Shown one piece after another: positions 14,537 through 25,830 of a stretch of DNA of 64,000 nt. The notes under the pieces were generated by a model. It was not told the DNA's origin. It did no database searches and saw only the letters and a list, made by a program, of their open reading frames with translations. Position 1 is the stretch's first letter; the number at the start of each line of letters is the position of its first letter. The translations under genes were made by a program, and so were the position numbers. Source of the stretch: Perkinsus olseni (Eukaryota); NCBI GenBank assembly GCA_013115125.1, contig JABANN010000047.1, positions 1 to 64,000 of the forward strand, written 5' to 3'.

Positions 14537-15811
14537 ATGAAGCTCCTCTCCTTCGTCCCGCTCATAGCCGCATCGAGCTCCGCAGACGTTTACGACAGCA
14601 AGACTATCCTGTCGATCACCTCCGACGATGCTTTTGTCGACGTGCGGGACGTCCCGCAGCGCCTCGAAAACGCCAAGCTCGCGTCCAACGCTGAGATGAG
14701 CGCCTTCCTCAAGACAGCAACAATCAAGACTCTGAAGTCCTCGGGCCTGCAGGTAGTCTCTACTTCCGATGACACGGTGAGCTCCGCCGATCTCTGTGCC
14801 TACTTGAAGAACGCAGCCTCCGAGCTACCCGGTCTGGAGTGTGAATGCTCCCCTAACTTCGCCATCAAGGAAGAGACCACCGACGACGATCTCGGCGTCA
14901 ATGACCCTCGCGCTTCGTGGCAACGGGCGTTCAAGCGGATGAACATGAAGGAAGTGTGGAGACTGTCTAGACCCTACGCGAGGCAGACCGTGAAAGTAGC
15001 TGTTATGGACAACGGCCTCAACTTCAGCGATCCTGAGATCTCCCCTTACCGTGGTTTCTTCCGTAAGAGAAGCGGTGGGTTCATTGACGGTGGCTGGAAC
15101 TTCGTGGACGACAGCTCGAACTTCACGTCGGTTAATCAGCATGGTCAAAGGTGTGCCAGACTCATCGCGGCCAGGAGGAACAATAACCTCGATATGGCCG
15201 GCATGTCATCTAATGTACGTCTGGTGTCTTTGAGAACCCTTAGCGAAGATGGTCATGGCAGCTGGTGGCATATGGCGGAAGCTATGGACATGGCAGTCGA
15301 CATCGGGGTTGACATCGTATCAATCTCATTGGGTGAGTTCATATCGAAGAGTTACGCGGACCGGGTCCTCAGTAAGGCCTTCAAAGCAGCAACTGACCAG
15401 GGTATCACTGTCGTCGCCTCTGCTGGTAACGATAATAAGGCAGCTGTCCATTACTATCCATGCGCGCTTCCTGGTGTGACCTGTGTGGCCTCCATCGATA
15501 TCCAAGACACTCTACAAGTCTCCGGTTTCAGCAACTACGGTAACGACGTTGACATCGCTGCCTATGGCTCTGGCGTCTACACTGGCTACAACGGGCTCTC
15601 CTCGGGCACGTCTTTCTCGTGTCCCATCGTCTCTGGAGCGGTGGCGATCCTGCTGTCTATGGGTGTTAAACCCAAGTACGTTGCTGGGATTCTTACCTAC
15701 AACGTTGATCGGTTCTCCAGTCCTCTGAAGCCCTTGAAAAGGAACGCTGGGGCTCTGAACCCGCTGAAGGCCGTCCAGATGGCCATCGATTATCCGGCTC
15801 TCAGACGCTAA
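14537..15811 (+). CDS. Secreted subtilisin-like serine protease (S8), copy A, intronless
   Basis: Signal peptide; catalytic Asp (VAVMD), His (HGQRCA), oxyanion Asn (SAGND), Ser (SGTSFSCP). Confidence 0.95.
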   Translation: MKLLSFVPLIAASSSADVYDSKTILSITSDDAFVDVRDVPQRLENAKLASNAEMSAFLKTATIKTLKSSGLQVVSTSDDTVSSADLCAYLKNAASELPGLECECSPNFAIKEETTDDDLGVNDPRASWQRAFKRMNMKEVWRLSRPYARQTVKVAVMDNGLNFSDPEISPYRGFFRKRSGGFIDGGWNFVDDSSNFTSVNQHGQRCARLIAARRNNNLDMAGMSSNVRLVSLRTLSEDGHGSWWHMAEAMDMAVDIGVDIVSISLGEFISKSYADRVLSKAFKAATDQGITVVASAGNDNKAAVHYYPCALPGVTCVASIDIQDTLQVSGFSNYGNDVDIAAYGSGVYTGYNGLSSGTSFSCPIVSGAVAILLSMGVKPKYVAGILTYNVDRFSSPLKPLKRNAGALNPLKAVQMAIDYPALRR

Positions 15812-16260
15812 TAGGCTTCGGTTCCATATACTTCTGTTCTCATATGACAGGCCCGATTCTTTTTTTTACCGCATCTTGGATACGTCATCTACATCGCCTA
15901 TATATTAGCTTCAGCTCAGATATAGAATCGGAGTGTTGCCGAGACCCTCCCAGGGAGGTTCGACGCACGCGGCAATATCCAGTTTAAGCCCAGATTTACT
16001 GGCTCGTCTTTTTAATATAATCTTTTAACCTGAACTCCATCAATACGCACAATCCAGCAGCTAGGGATCCTGACTCAGGGTATCCAACGAATCTCTTGTT
16101 GCGTTCACTAGTTCAGTGGAATCACGGGCGATGCAGAATGATTGTCTCATTTCAACGCGTTTGCCTGGACAAGGCAAAGGTCTAATTCGTAGAGTGTACC
16201 AAGTGTAGCATTTTGCTACCCGGATAACACATGTGTTATTATTAATTTGCCAACATTATA

Positions 16261-16891
16261 CTACACCATTTCAAGACCTGCTCAGTAAAATCCCAGAGCA
16301 AATTAGTAAAACCCCAGAGCAACTTAATAAAGCCCAGGCCAAATTAGTAAAATCCCAAAGCAATTTAATAAAGCCCAGGCCAAATTAGTAGAACTCCAAA
16401 GCAATTTAGTTGGCACGCGAGACGCATCCGGATCGCCCCTCCTCCCGGCCCGGGGACTCCGGCACATGAGTGGCGGGAGATCCTCTCCCGGAGAGGCGGT
16501 GGAGCGAAGGCAGGGTACCTCCTGCCGCACTGTGAGAAGTTGCTTCAAAAAGAGGTTGAAGAGGTTACTATGCAACTTTGTATACAATTTGCAACTTTGC
16601 TTCAATCACCCCCAAACATGGTATCCTTGTTGCTAAGCTATGTTAGGCATGACAGTCGGAGGCTCAATTCGAATGCTTAACGATTAAACTTTAACCCGCG
16701 ATCTGTAGAATAAGGAGGGCTTACTTAATGTAGGCTGACGTTGCGAATTTTTCCGTACTTGTTAGTGATTTTGTTGGGCTCTAGTAAATTGGTCTTTCAT
16801 AAAGTCAAATTGCTTTGGGGTTTTACTAATTTCCTCTGGGCTTTATTAAATTGCTGTGGGGTTTTACTAAGTAGGTCTGGAAATGGTGTAG
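16261..16891 (+). mobile_element. Non-autonomous TIR element family A, copy 2
   Basis: Same TIRs and internal sequence as 12056-12706, same orientation. Confidence 0.88.
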
Positions 16892-18272
16892 TCAAGCCCG
16901 GTCAGGTTACATCAGGGCTGCTCTTAGGGCATGCCCTAAGTACAGGGTACATAACGATACGTACCATTACTAGATACGAAGGGCCATAGAGCCCGGGACC
17001 AAAGAGAGCACCGGGGACCCAAGACCTGAGTCCTGAGTGCCCGGTTAATTGCACTGTCTAGAACGGAGCAAGTGGTGGCGACTGGCAAAGATAAGAGAGC
17101 AGACATCGGTAGCTCCCCACAGCAGTCAGTGCGCAAGTGTGAGTGCAAAAATGCGATTTGGAAGCGATTTGGTCGCGGTTTTGATGGAATGGACAATGAA
17201 TCAAACACTTTGCCACCGAGCATACCCTGGACGAAACGCTGAAGGACAAAATGACGGTACACAGTGTATGCACCAAACGTAGGGGGGCAGAGGGAGGGCG
17301 CTGATCCCTCTTTGGCCTGAGCTGCGTACAGGCGTACGAACGTCCGCGTGCAGGTCAGAATGCCCGTTTTTTCAAAATGGTCCCCAATGAACAGGAACAT
17401 GTCGAGGCTGACCAATTTGGGGAAGTTGCCCCCCAGTGAAATCGCACTTTGGCCGCCAAAGTGCGAACGTCGTACACAATGATCTGTGTACACCGGTCGA
17501 ACCTACATAGCTTCCTCCTGTAGATAATTCGGCCAAAGTTTGGCGCCAACATGATGTGGCACAAAGAAGTCTGTTTGACAGTCTGTCTGTCGTAGGTGGC
17601 TATGTGTACCGTACACTCTAGGTGTGACACCCAGAAATGAGAGCAAGAATAATACGAAAGAATATGTAATGAGAGATGATGAGTAGTGCTCATGTAGGGC
17701 GTGAATCACGCCGCGTGATACAAATCAAATGAAATGACGGATATACCGAAAGTATCATCATTATCATGGTTATTATCACGGTCATCTTACCTGTTCTTGT
17801 GAGGCTAGTGACTAGCCCCACTAGCGGACTAGCCGCTAGTCGGACAGGTTCATCATCGTGTAGTCGTGTCGGTTGTGGTCATGAACTGGAGAGAGGCAGG
17901 GTTGTTGGTCAAGGGGAAGGAAGTCCGACTTCATTTTCCGAACTGAAATAGATTAGAAAAAAGGAAAATTAGTTTTCTCAACTAAAAGTGCTAGTCTAAC
18001 ACGGTATCAAATGAAAAAACCGAAATATTTCGGAAGCTGTCAAGCTAGATCGAGCCATAATGGACGAATTAATACTGGGTGCGAATTCATACTTCCAGTC
18101 TGGAAGCATTGCGATGGGCGAGTTGCACCTTTGGGTGAAATGAGACTCATTTCAAATGACCACTGGATCAAATCATGCAGGATCACTTGAGGTACAACCG
18201 AGTAAGCCAGTGTACCGCATGAAAATACTCCAATACACGATTTTCTAAGATCATGATGATTTCCGAGACTTG

Positions 18273-18925
18273 CGGGCTGTTCAGTAAACTTTGGCAAAAC
18301 CTATTCCAGAAGTGGTTCTCAGAATTAATTCTCAGAATGCATTCCCGAATCCTGTTCAGTGAACTCTATTCCCAAATACTTCAGAACGAGTTCTGGAATC
18401 AGTTCCGAGATGTGTTCAAAGAACTCAATTCTGAGAATCGATTCTCAGAATAGATTCTGGCAGCCAACTTGGCGATATCCAGAGCTGCGGTCCGTTTTTC
18501 CAGAGGGATGCGCACGCCGCTCGAGAAATGACTTCGCTAGGTTATAACACAACTCAGGCATACTTCATTCAAGTAGTCTAGTGCGTTAGCCGGTTGCGTC
18601 GACACTCGTACCACGGTGGTACTACCACCCTGGTTCGATCCTCGCTAGCGATTGCCTCTGTACTTTGGATGGGCATCACGAACTTGGCCGTCCTCAGTTG
18701 TGATGTCACGCGCCACGAAACTCTCAGCATAGGTTTCACCTATTCCGAAATAACTCATTCTGGAATGCGCTTCAGAACCGATTCCGAAGTTCACTGAACA
18801 GGTTGGGAACCGATTCTGGAACCCATTCCAGAATCTGTTCTGGATACAGTTCACTGAACACGATTTCGCCGAAACTAATTCTGGAATCTATTCTGAATTT
18901 CGGAATAGGTTTACTGAACACCCCG
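18273..18925 (+). mobile_element. MITE family B, copy 1 (3-bp TSD, PIF/Harbinger-like)
   Basis: TIR CGGGCTGTTCAGTAAAC...GTTTACTGAACACCCCG; TTG on both sides; many TTCTGGAAT/TTCTGAGAAT subterminal motifs. Confidence 0.9.
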
Positions 18926-19213
18926 TTGGTACTGTGCCCGGGGGCCCTGGGCCAGGATACATCAGAGCTTGGCTAGTAAAATTTTGGCAGGGCAATAATA
19001 ACATAGGTGTAAACGCGTTGTGATTAGACAATCACTCTGTATGGCCAGTCGTCCCGTCGAATTAGCAAACACACCAGCTGCTTTGTTGGATACCTTGGTG
19101 TAGCATCTCGGGTTACAAAGCGCAACTGTTGGAAGTTCCAACATTTCCAGATATTTACCCCTCGTCATATGTTGCGTTCCAACTTGGAACGCAACATATG
19201 ACGAGGGGTAAAT

Positions 19214-20277
19214 GGCCCTATAACTTAGTAGTCCTTCCTTAAGGCGTCCCTTAAAGGAAGGAGTCCTTAACGATCCTTCCTTAAGGGGCAACTCCTTATA
19301 ACTTTTTAATTTTAAGGATCGTAAGGAGTTCCTTTAAGGTACACCCCAAGGAGCATAAGGTGCGGTTTCTCACCGAAGATGAGCGGAGCGATGCGGGAAT
19401 TGAGGTGATCTATTCTGGACTTAGCGTATTTATGGGAAGTTCTATAAACAGTCCGCACGCTATTGGAACTTCCTACGAATGTCTCTAAAACTTAAGTCCG
19501 GTGACTGAGCTTCCGAAATGTTAAGTTGGCTTCTGCCGTGATGATCGAACACCGCAAAAAACTAGTAAGACTCCATTAGCGGGAGTCGGGAGCAAGACTC
19601 TCCGGGTGCGGTATACAGCAGAAATTTTGTTACTTAACGCTCCACGCGGCACCAGCCATGAGAGTCAGCGCAACTTGCAGAGCGCCGGCTCATCAATCGG
19701 GCAACCCAAGTTCAAGTCCTGGCAGAGCCCCATTGGAAGGCTGCTCACAGAGTAACGTGAAAATCTCGAAGTGCAGCAGCGCTGGACTGAAGATGTGGCG
19801 GGCTAATGACTCTGGGGAGGAGAACGATTACTTGACGCCGTCAAGTTGACGGAGAACGCCATCGGCCATGAACCCCCGGACACCTGAATTTGGTTGCAAT
19901 GATGGCTTCTTGATGTTTGGCGGCGTGGTTATTATGTCGCGCTGGCCATCGAGAGGGTGCCGGATCGATTCTCGGGGTTGTCAATTCTAAATTTTCTCAC
20001 TCAAGGAGCCCGTAAGCCGGGGGTAAGCTAGGTCGGAGCAACCTTACGATCCTTACGCTCCTTGTGTAAGGTCCTTAAGGAGCGGCTCCTAAATGTTATA
20101 AGGAGCAACTCCTCAGCTTCCTTCCTTAAGGACCTCACGTTAGGACCTGAAGGTCCTTACTTTAAGGAAGGAGGCTTAGGAACTTACGCCCCTAAGCCTC
20201 CAAAGTTACAAGGAGGAGCTCCTTCCTTAAGCAACTTACGGTCCTTCCTTAAGGAAGGAGTCCTAAATTATAGGGCC
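19214..20277. mobile_element. Non-autonomous TIR element family C (3-bp TSD AAT, PIF/Harbinger-like)
   Basis: TIR GGCCCTATAA...TTATAGGGCC; AAT duplicated; CCTTAAGGA-rich subterminal repeats; empty site GGTAAATGTCTGCAGCT in the paralogous flank at ~28391. Confidence 0.92.
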
Positions 20278-21652
20278 AATGTCTGCAGCTAACGATGTTG
20301 TGCTGTAACGATCAGAATGCGCGACTGATCAAGTCCGCGATGGAGAATAAGTTATCGTTTAACAGTCTGGCGTCGAAGGCGAGCGGGTCCGCGACGCTAA
20401 GAGCTTGGCATGACTGGGGCTGCACACTGGCTATTGGATTGCCACAATCTGATTGTGCGAATTGATGGCGTCCAGCGTCCAAAATGAGATAAAAATACGA
20501 GTCGGGCTTGACTTGTGGAGACAGAAGAGAAAAGACTTGCATCCTACATAATAGGCCTTACTAGCGCCTGCTTCTCAAAATCGGATAATCGATGGCCATC
20601 TTGACCCCCTTCAGCGGGTTCAGAGCCCCAGCGTGCTTTTTCAAAGGCTTCAGAGGGCTGGCGAACCGATCAACGTTGTGAGTGAGAATTCCAGCAACGT
20701 ACTTGGGCTTAACGCCCATAGAAAGGAGGATCGCGGCCGCTCCCGAGACGATGGGGCACGAGAAAGACGTGCCCGAGGAGAGCCCGTTGTAGCCAGTGTA
20801 GACGCCGGCGCCGTAGGCAGCGATGTCGACGTAGTTACCGTAATTACTGAAACGGGAGACTTGTAGAGTGTCTTCGACATCGATGGAACCCACGCAGATC
20901 ACGCCGGAAGCGGACATGGATAGTGCGTGTCAGCGAGCGCATTGTCGTTACCAGCTGACTCAGCTGGTAACGACAATGCGCTCGCCTCAGCTGAGGCGAC
21001 GACGATGATACCCTGGTCAGCAGCTGCTTTGAAGGCCTTACCGAAGATCCGCTCCCCGTTACTCCTCGACATGAAGTACCCAAGTGAGATTGATACGATA
21101 GCAACCTCGATGTCGACTCAGTCGACTCGACTGCCATGTCCATAGCTTCAGCCAAATTCGCCCAGCCACCATAACCATTATCTTCATGGGTTCTCAAAGA
21201 CACCAAACGTACATTAGGTGACATGCCGGCCATATCGAGGTTATTGTTCCTCCTGGCCGCGATGAGTCTGGCACACCTTTGACCATGCTGATTAACCGAC
21301 GTGAAGTTCGAGCTGTCGTCCACGAAGTTCCAGCCACCGTCAATGAACCCACCGCTTCTCTCACGGAAGAAACCACGGTAAGGGGCGATCTCAGGATCGC
21401 TGAAATTGAGGCCGGTGTCTATAACGGCTACGCCGATGGTCCGCCTCGCGTAGGGCGCAGACAGTCTCCACACTTCCTTCATGTTCATCCGCTCGAATGC
21501 TCTTTGCCTCCAAGCTTGAGGGTCATTGACGCCGAGATCGTCGCCGGTGGTCTCTTCCTTGGTGGCGAAGTTAGGGGAGCATTCACACTCCAGACCGGGT
21601 AGCTCGGAGGCTGCGTTCTTCAAGTAGGCACAGAGATCAGTAGAGCTCAGTG

Positions 21653-22787
21653 GTTTCACCTAGGCGTACCCCACGCGCCTCCAGGCGCGTGTCGTGTACC
21701 GTCGTACCTTCACAGACGCGCCTGCTGGGTCGCCGCTTAGGCGCGTCCAACGCGTCTGTTGGCACATGTCTCAGCCATGATGGCTGAGCATCGGAGTTTT
21801 TGGTATTAGTCGTCCAAAATGTAGGTTGTCGTTGCCGAATTGTCATTGTCTTCATGCCAACTTGGAATTGTCAAGTTGCTGCCAGCGTTCTTCTGCACGG
21901 GAGGGGGCCCGACTCAGTCGACTTACGGGGTGTTCAGTAAACCTATTCCGAAATTCAGAAGACATTCCAGAATGAGTTCTGGCGAAATCGTGTTCAGTAA
22001 ACTGCATCCAGAATAGATTCTGGAATGGCCCATTCCGAATGGGTTCCAGAATCGGTACCCAACCTGTTCAGTGAACTTCGGAATCAGTTCTGAAACGCAT
22101 TCCAGAATGAGTTATTTCGGAATAGGTAAAACCAATGCCGAGAGTTTCGTGGCGCGTGACATCGCAGCTGAGGACGGCCAATTTTGAGATGCCTATCCGA
22201 AGTTCATAAGGAGTTGCCGGCGAGGATCGAACCTGGGCGCTACGAGTGCCAACGCAGCCGTCTAACGCACTAGACTACTTGAATGAAGTTTGCCCGAGTT
22301 GTGTTGTGACCTAGCGAATTCTTTTCTCGGCGGCGTGCGCATCGGAAAAAACGGATCGCAGCTCTGGATATCGCCCAGTTGGCTGCCAGAATCTATTCTG
22401 AGAATCGATTCTCAGAATTGAGTTCTTTGAACACATCTCAGAACTGATTCCAGAACTCGTTCTGAAATATTTGAGAATAGAGTTCCTTGAACAGGATTCG
22501 GGAATGCATTCTGAGAATTGATTCTGAGAACTAGTTCTGGAATAGGTTTTGCCAAAGTTTACTGAACAGCCCGTTACAAGTTATGAGGGCGGGATCTCCT
22601 GCTAGGGACTGTATTTGCGGCTTTTTGATGAGCGGTGTCAGGCTTGTGTGAACAGGCTTGCAACTCCTCAAAGGCTCCCGGAGTTACCCCGGGAGCCTGG
22701 AGGAAGCCCTTCTAGGGCTCGGCCCCAGGCGCGCCTCCGGGACCCGATCGAACCACAGGCGCGTCCGAGATTTTGGCTAGGCTCACC
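21653..22787. mobile_element. Outer insertion in subtilisin B with GTG duplicated at both ends; hosts MITE B copy 2
   Basis: Absent from paralogues A, C and D; GTG at 21650-21652 and 22788-22790; only weak terminal inverted similarity (CCTAG...CTAGG). Confidence 0.7.
21926..22573 (-). mobile_element. MITE family B, copy 2
   Basis: Reverse complement of 18273-18925; TSD TTA at both ends. Confidence 0.9.
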
Positions 22788-24075
22788 GTGAGCTCAGCTC
22801 ACCGTGTCGTCGGAAGTAGAGACCACCTGCAAGCCCGAGGACTTCAGGGTCTTGATTGTTGCAGTCTTCAGGAAGGCGGCCACATCAGCGTTGGACGGCA
22901 ACTTGGCTTTTTCGAGGCGCTGCGGGAGTCCCGCAGCGGGACATCCCGGACGTCGACGAAGGTATCACTCGAGCTCATCGACAGGATAGTCTTGCTATCG
23001 TAAACCTCGGTGTGCGACTACGCGCGGAACGAAGGAGAGGAGCTTCATCGCATGGGATGAACAAAGAACTAAGAAGCGATATCACAGTTTCGGCGAATTC
23101 AAGAGGTTTCAGTCGAGCATTTCCGGGGTGAGCCTCACCACTAACCAAGGTGAAGTGCTTTAGATGTTACATATGATGTGTATCGGCCTGGTCACCCGAC
23201 TATATGGTTCGGCTAATCCCATTCATCGGAGTGAAACCTGGGCGTTCTCGCGATGCGGTGCGCGCATGCACTTCTTGCGTGACCGTGACACTGTCTAGTC
23301 GTGACGCGTAGTTTGGCTACATGAACTACGCTCTAAATCTTCGGATAAATCTGAAAGTCTCCGGATTCTATGCCCGAAATTTCCTCGGCCCTGCCCATCC
23401 TCTCCTTGTCGGATATGCGGCGACGGTCGCCGAGCGACCCCGCCTGGGATCACCTTTCGCAGCGCTGTGCAGGTTCTATCAAGTGAACAAACCATTCAAT
23501 ATAGTCCTAGTGACTGAGGAAGTACGACATTGAACGTGAGGGCGCGTCCTCAGTTGCAGCAGACATAGCCTGTCTATCTTTGTAAATTCGTTGCTTTCTA
23601 ATAGTAGTGCTCTGCAACCGAGTTGCTACGAGAGCAGCCCTTTTCCGTTAGTTCATCTTCTCGACGACCATTTATCTTGTTTATTCCGAGAAACTTTGTT
23701 TCATCGGTGTAGAACCTGCGCGATCTCGCCTTGCGTTGGGCTTGCGTGCATAAGCCCACGCGTCACGCAGTGACGCGGGGTAGCGCCTGTTCATGTCGCT
23801 AGTCCCCTGTGGATCTCGCCATGTCGAGCATCGCTGATGCTCGGCGTGCTGGTTTTCGAGCCCAGCCCGTCCCGCCCGTCCCGCCCGTCAGTCGGGGTCA
23901 GCCATCGAGGCTCTCCATCCCCTGGGATGGTCCCGCCCCTCTGTCTGTGGAGCTTGCTTGCTTGCGTCGCTTCCCACTATCTGGTTCGCGAGCTAGCGAG
24001 ATCGTAAACGGAGTTAAACTCCGGGAGTTTTATGATTCCTCCCTCACAGCATCATTTTTTCTACCACCTTCTCAT

Positions 24076-25830
24076 ATGAGATGCCTCTCTTTAATCATCT
24101 GCTGTTCATCGAGCCTAATCGCAACGAGCGTTCGTGCCTCCCACCCTTGGGGCCATCCCATCGGTGCTTACGGTTGCAGAGGATCAAACCGATACGGTGG
24201 TCGTTTAGATTTTGACGAAAATAAGCAGGTCCTCCGCATCAGCGCCTTGCTCGGCAGATGTGGGACTTCTGCCGAGAACGTCCCCTATACCATAACCCCC
24301 ATCCCTGGTTTCGACTCCGAGTATTGGTTGACGCCTGACTATAGCTCTACTGACTTCAAAGCACAAGTGGCTGCCTGCAGAGATCCGTCTATTAATGCCG
24401 ACTTCTTCGACAGGCTCCACGTCAAGTCTGACAAAGGTGTTCTCATGAGCGGAATCGTTATCAACGGTGCTGGCGAGTCTCCGTTGAACTGCTGGCTATC
24501 CCGCGGGCCCACTCGCCCTGTACCAGACCCAACTGCAAGACCTACAACACCGGTGTCGAGTCACCCTGTAGGAAGCTTTTACTCCTCAGTAAGCGATGAC
24601 TCTGGCGGATCTTTGATGTTCCATGAGCAGCAGCAGACTTTTTCTATTTCCATCCGGTTGGAGACTTGCGTCGCGACTGCATATAACGTACCCTATGCAG
24701 TTAGAACGCACACTAACGAGCAATTTTGGGTGTTCCCCGACTACAGCTCGACGAACTTCGAGACGAAGCTCGATAGTTGCAACGACGCGGTTGTACGAGG
24801 TGGCCAATTCAGTCGTCTCAGAGTATCCTCGAAGGGCGGCTCGATGAGCGAGATCACTGCTTTCATCGTGGATGGTGTGGAATGGGTTTTCAAACTCGCC
24901 GGTGCTCCTCCTCCGCGCCCGGCTTACCCGACGCAATCTCCCGTTTCTCCTGTGCATGAGACTCACCCCATGGGGATCTACCAGAGTGATGAACATTCAA
25001 ACTCTGTTAGCACTATCGAGTTCTACGAGAACCTGCTGCTCATGAGTTTGACTGTCAACCTCGGTAGTTGCGTTGCTGCTGCCCGCAACGTCCCCTATCA
25101 TACTGGCCGTCTCCACAGTCATAAAGGAGACATTCTCGACGACGAGTTCTTCGTGGTGCCCGATTTCGGCAGTACAGACTTCATGACGCAGGTGGACAAC
25201 TGCGGCGACCCTGCTATCCACGGCGAGTCTTTTAAATATCTGGCGGTTACCTCCGAGCAGGGTGTTCCGATGAGCGAGGTCTTCACCTACGGGCAGCAAA
25301 CTAAAGAATGGGAATTTCAGCTACGTGGTGTTCCCACTAGGCCGCCACCGACCACAACTCCTTTTCCCACGACTACTACTCCGACCCCTACAGTTCCAAC
25401 TAAGCCTCACCCAAGTGGTCTCTATGATGGTGGCAGTAAAGGAGCCTCAGGAGAATTGGTATTCCTTCAACCAGGACACTTTACTATGCATATCACACTG
25501 GGTGGTTGCCGTCTTTATTACGAGGATATACCATACGAGATGGTGGAGGAGAATGGAGTATCTTGGGTGAAGCCTGACTATAGATCCACCAGCCTGGCTT
25601 ACACTCTGAGGAGATGCAGGTTCAAAGCCAGGTCAAAATACGGCCTTAGTGATCTAGAGAAGATCGAATTCAAGGATGCGCCGGACCCGAACGACCAGAT
25701 ACTAGTCATTTATAGACGTTCCCGTCGGTCCCGACAGTCTGGACGGTCCCGACAGTCTGGACGGTCCCGACAGTCTCGACGGTCCCGTATACATAGGACG
25801 ACACGGGCGAAGGTATTCAAAAACCAGTGA
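24076..25830 (+). CDS. Intronless secreted protein with four tandem ~125-aa domains, Pro/Thr linkers and an Arg/Ser-rich tail
   Basis: Signal-like MRCLSLIICCSSSLIATSVRA; each domain starts HP-x-G-x-(F)Y and contains C...(N/D)(V/I)PY and PD(Y/F)-x-ST...C. Confidence 0.85.
   Translation: MRCLSLIICCSSSLIATSVRASHPWGHPIGAYGCRGSNRYGGRLDFDENKQVLRISALLGRCGTSAENVPYTITPIPGFDSEYWLTPDYSSTDFKAQVAACRDPSINADFFDRLHVKSDKGVLMSGIVINGAGESPLNCWLSRGPTRPVPDPTARPTTPVSSHPVGSFYSSVSDDSGGSLMFHEQQQTFSISIRLETCVATAYNVPYAVRTHTNEQFWVFPDYSSTNFETKLDSCNDAVVRGGQFSRLRVSSKGGSMSEITAFIVDGVEWVFKLAGAPPPRPAYPTQSPVSPVHETHPMGIYQSDEHSNSVSTIEFYENLLLMSLTVNLGSCVAAARNVPYHTGRLHSHKGDILDDEFFVVPDFGSTDFMTQVDNCGDPAIHGESFKYLAVTSEQGVPMSEVFTYGQQTKEWEFQLRGVPTRPPPTTTPFPTTTTPTPTVPTKPHPSGLYDGGSKGASGELVFLQPGHFTMHITLGGCRLYYEDIPYEMVEENGVSWVKPDYRSTSLAYTLRRCRFKARSKYGLSDLEKIEFKDAPDPNDQILVIYRRSRRSRQSGRSRQSGRSRQSRRSRIHRTTRAKVFKNQ

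Larger units (their letters stand above)
20561..23048 (-). pseudogene. Subtilisin copy B, disrupted by frameshifts, fold-back insertions and a nested 1.1-kb insertion
   Basis: Homologous to copy A across 23048-22788 and 21652-20561; reading frame broken several times. Confidence 0.93.

Noticed and set aside
23809-24075. N-terminal extension of the 673-aa ORF
   Set aside because: Starts at GTG; the signal peptide begins at ATG 24076
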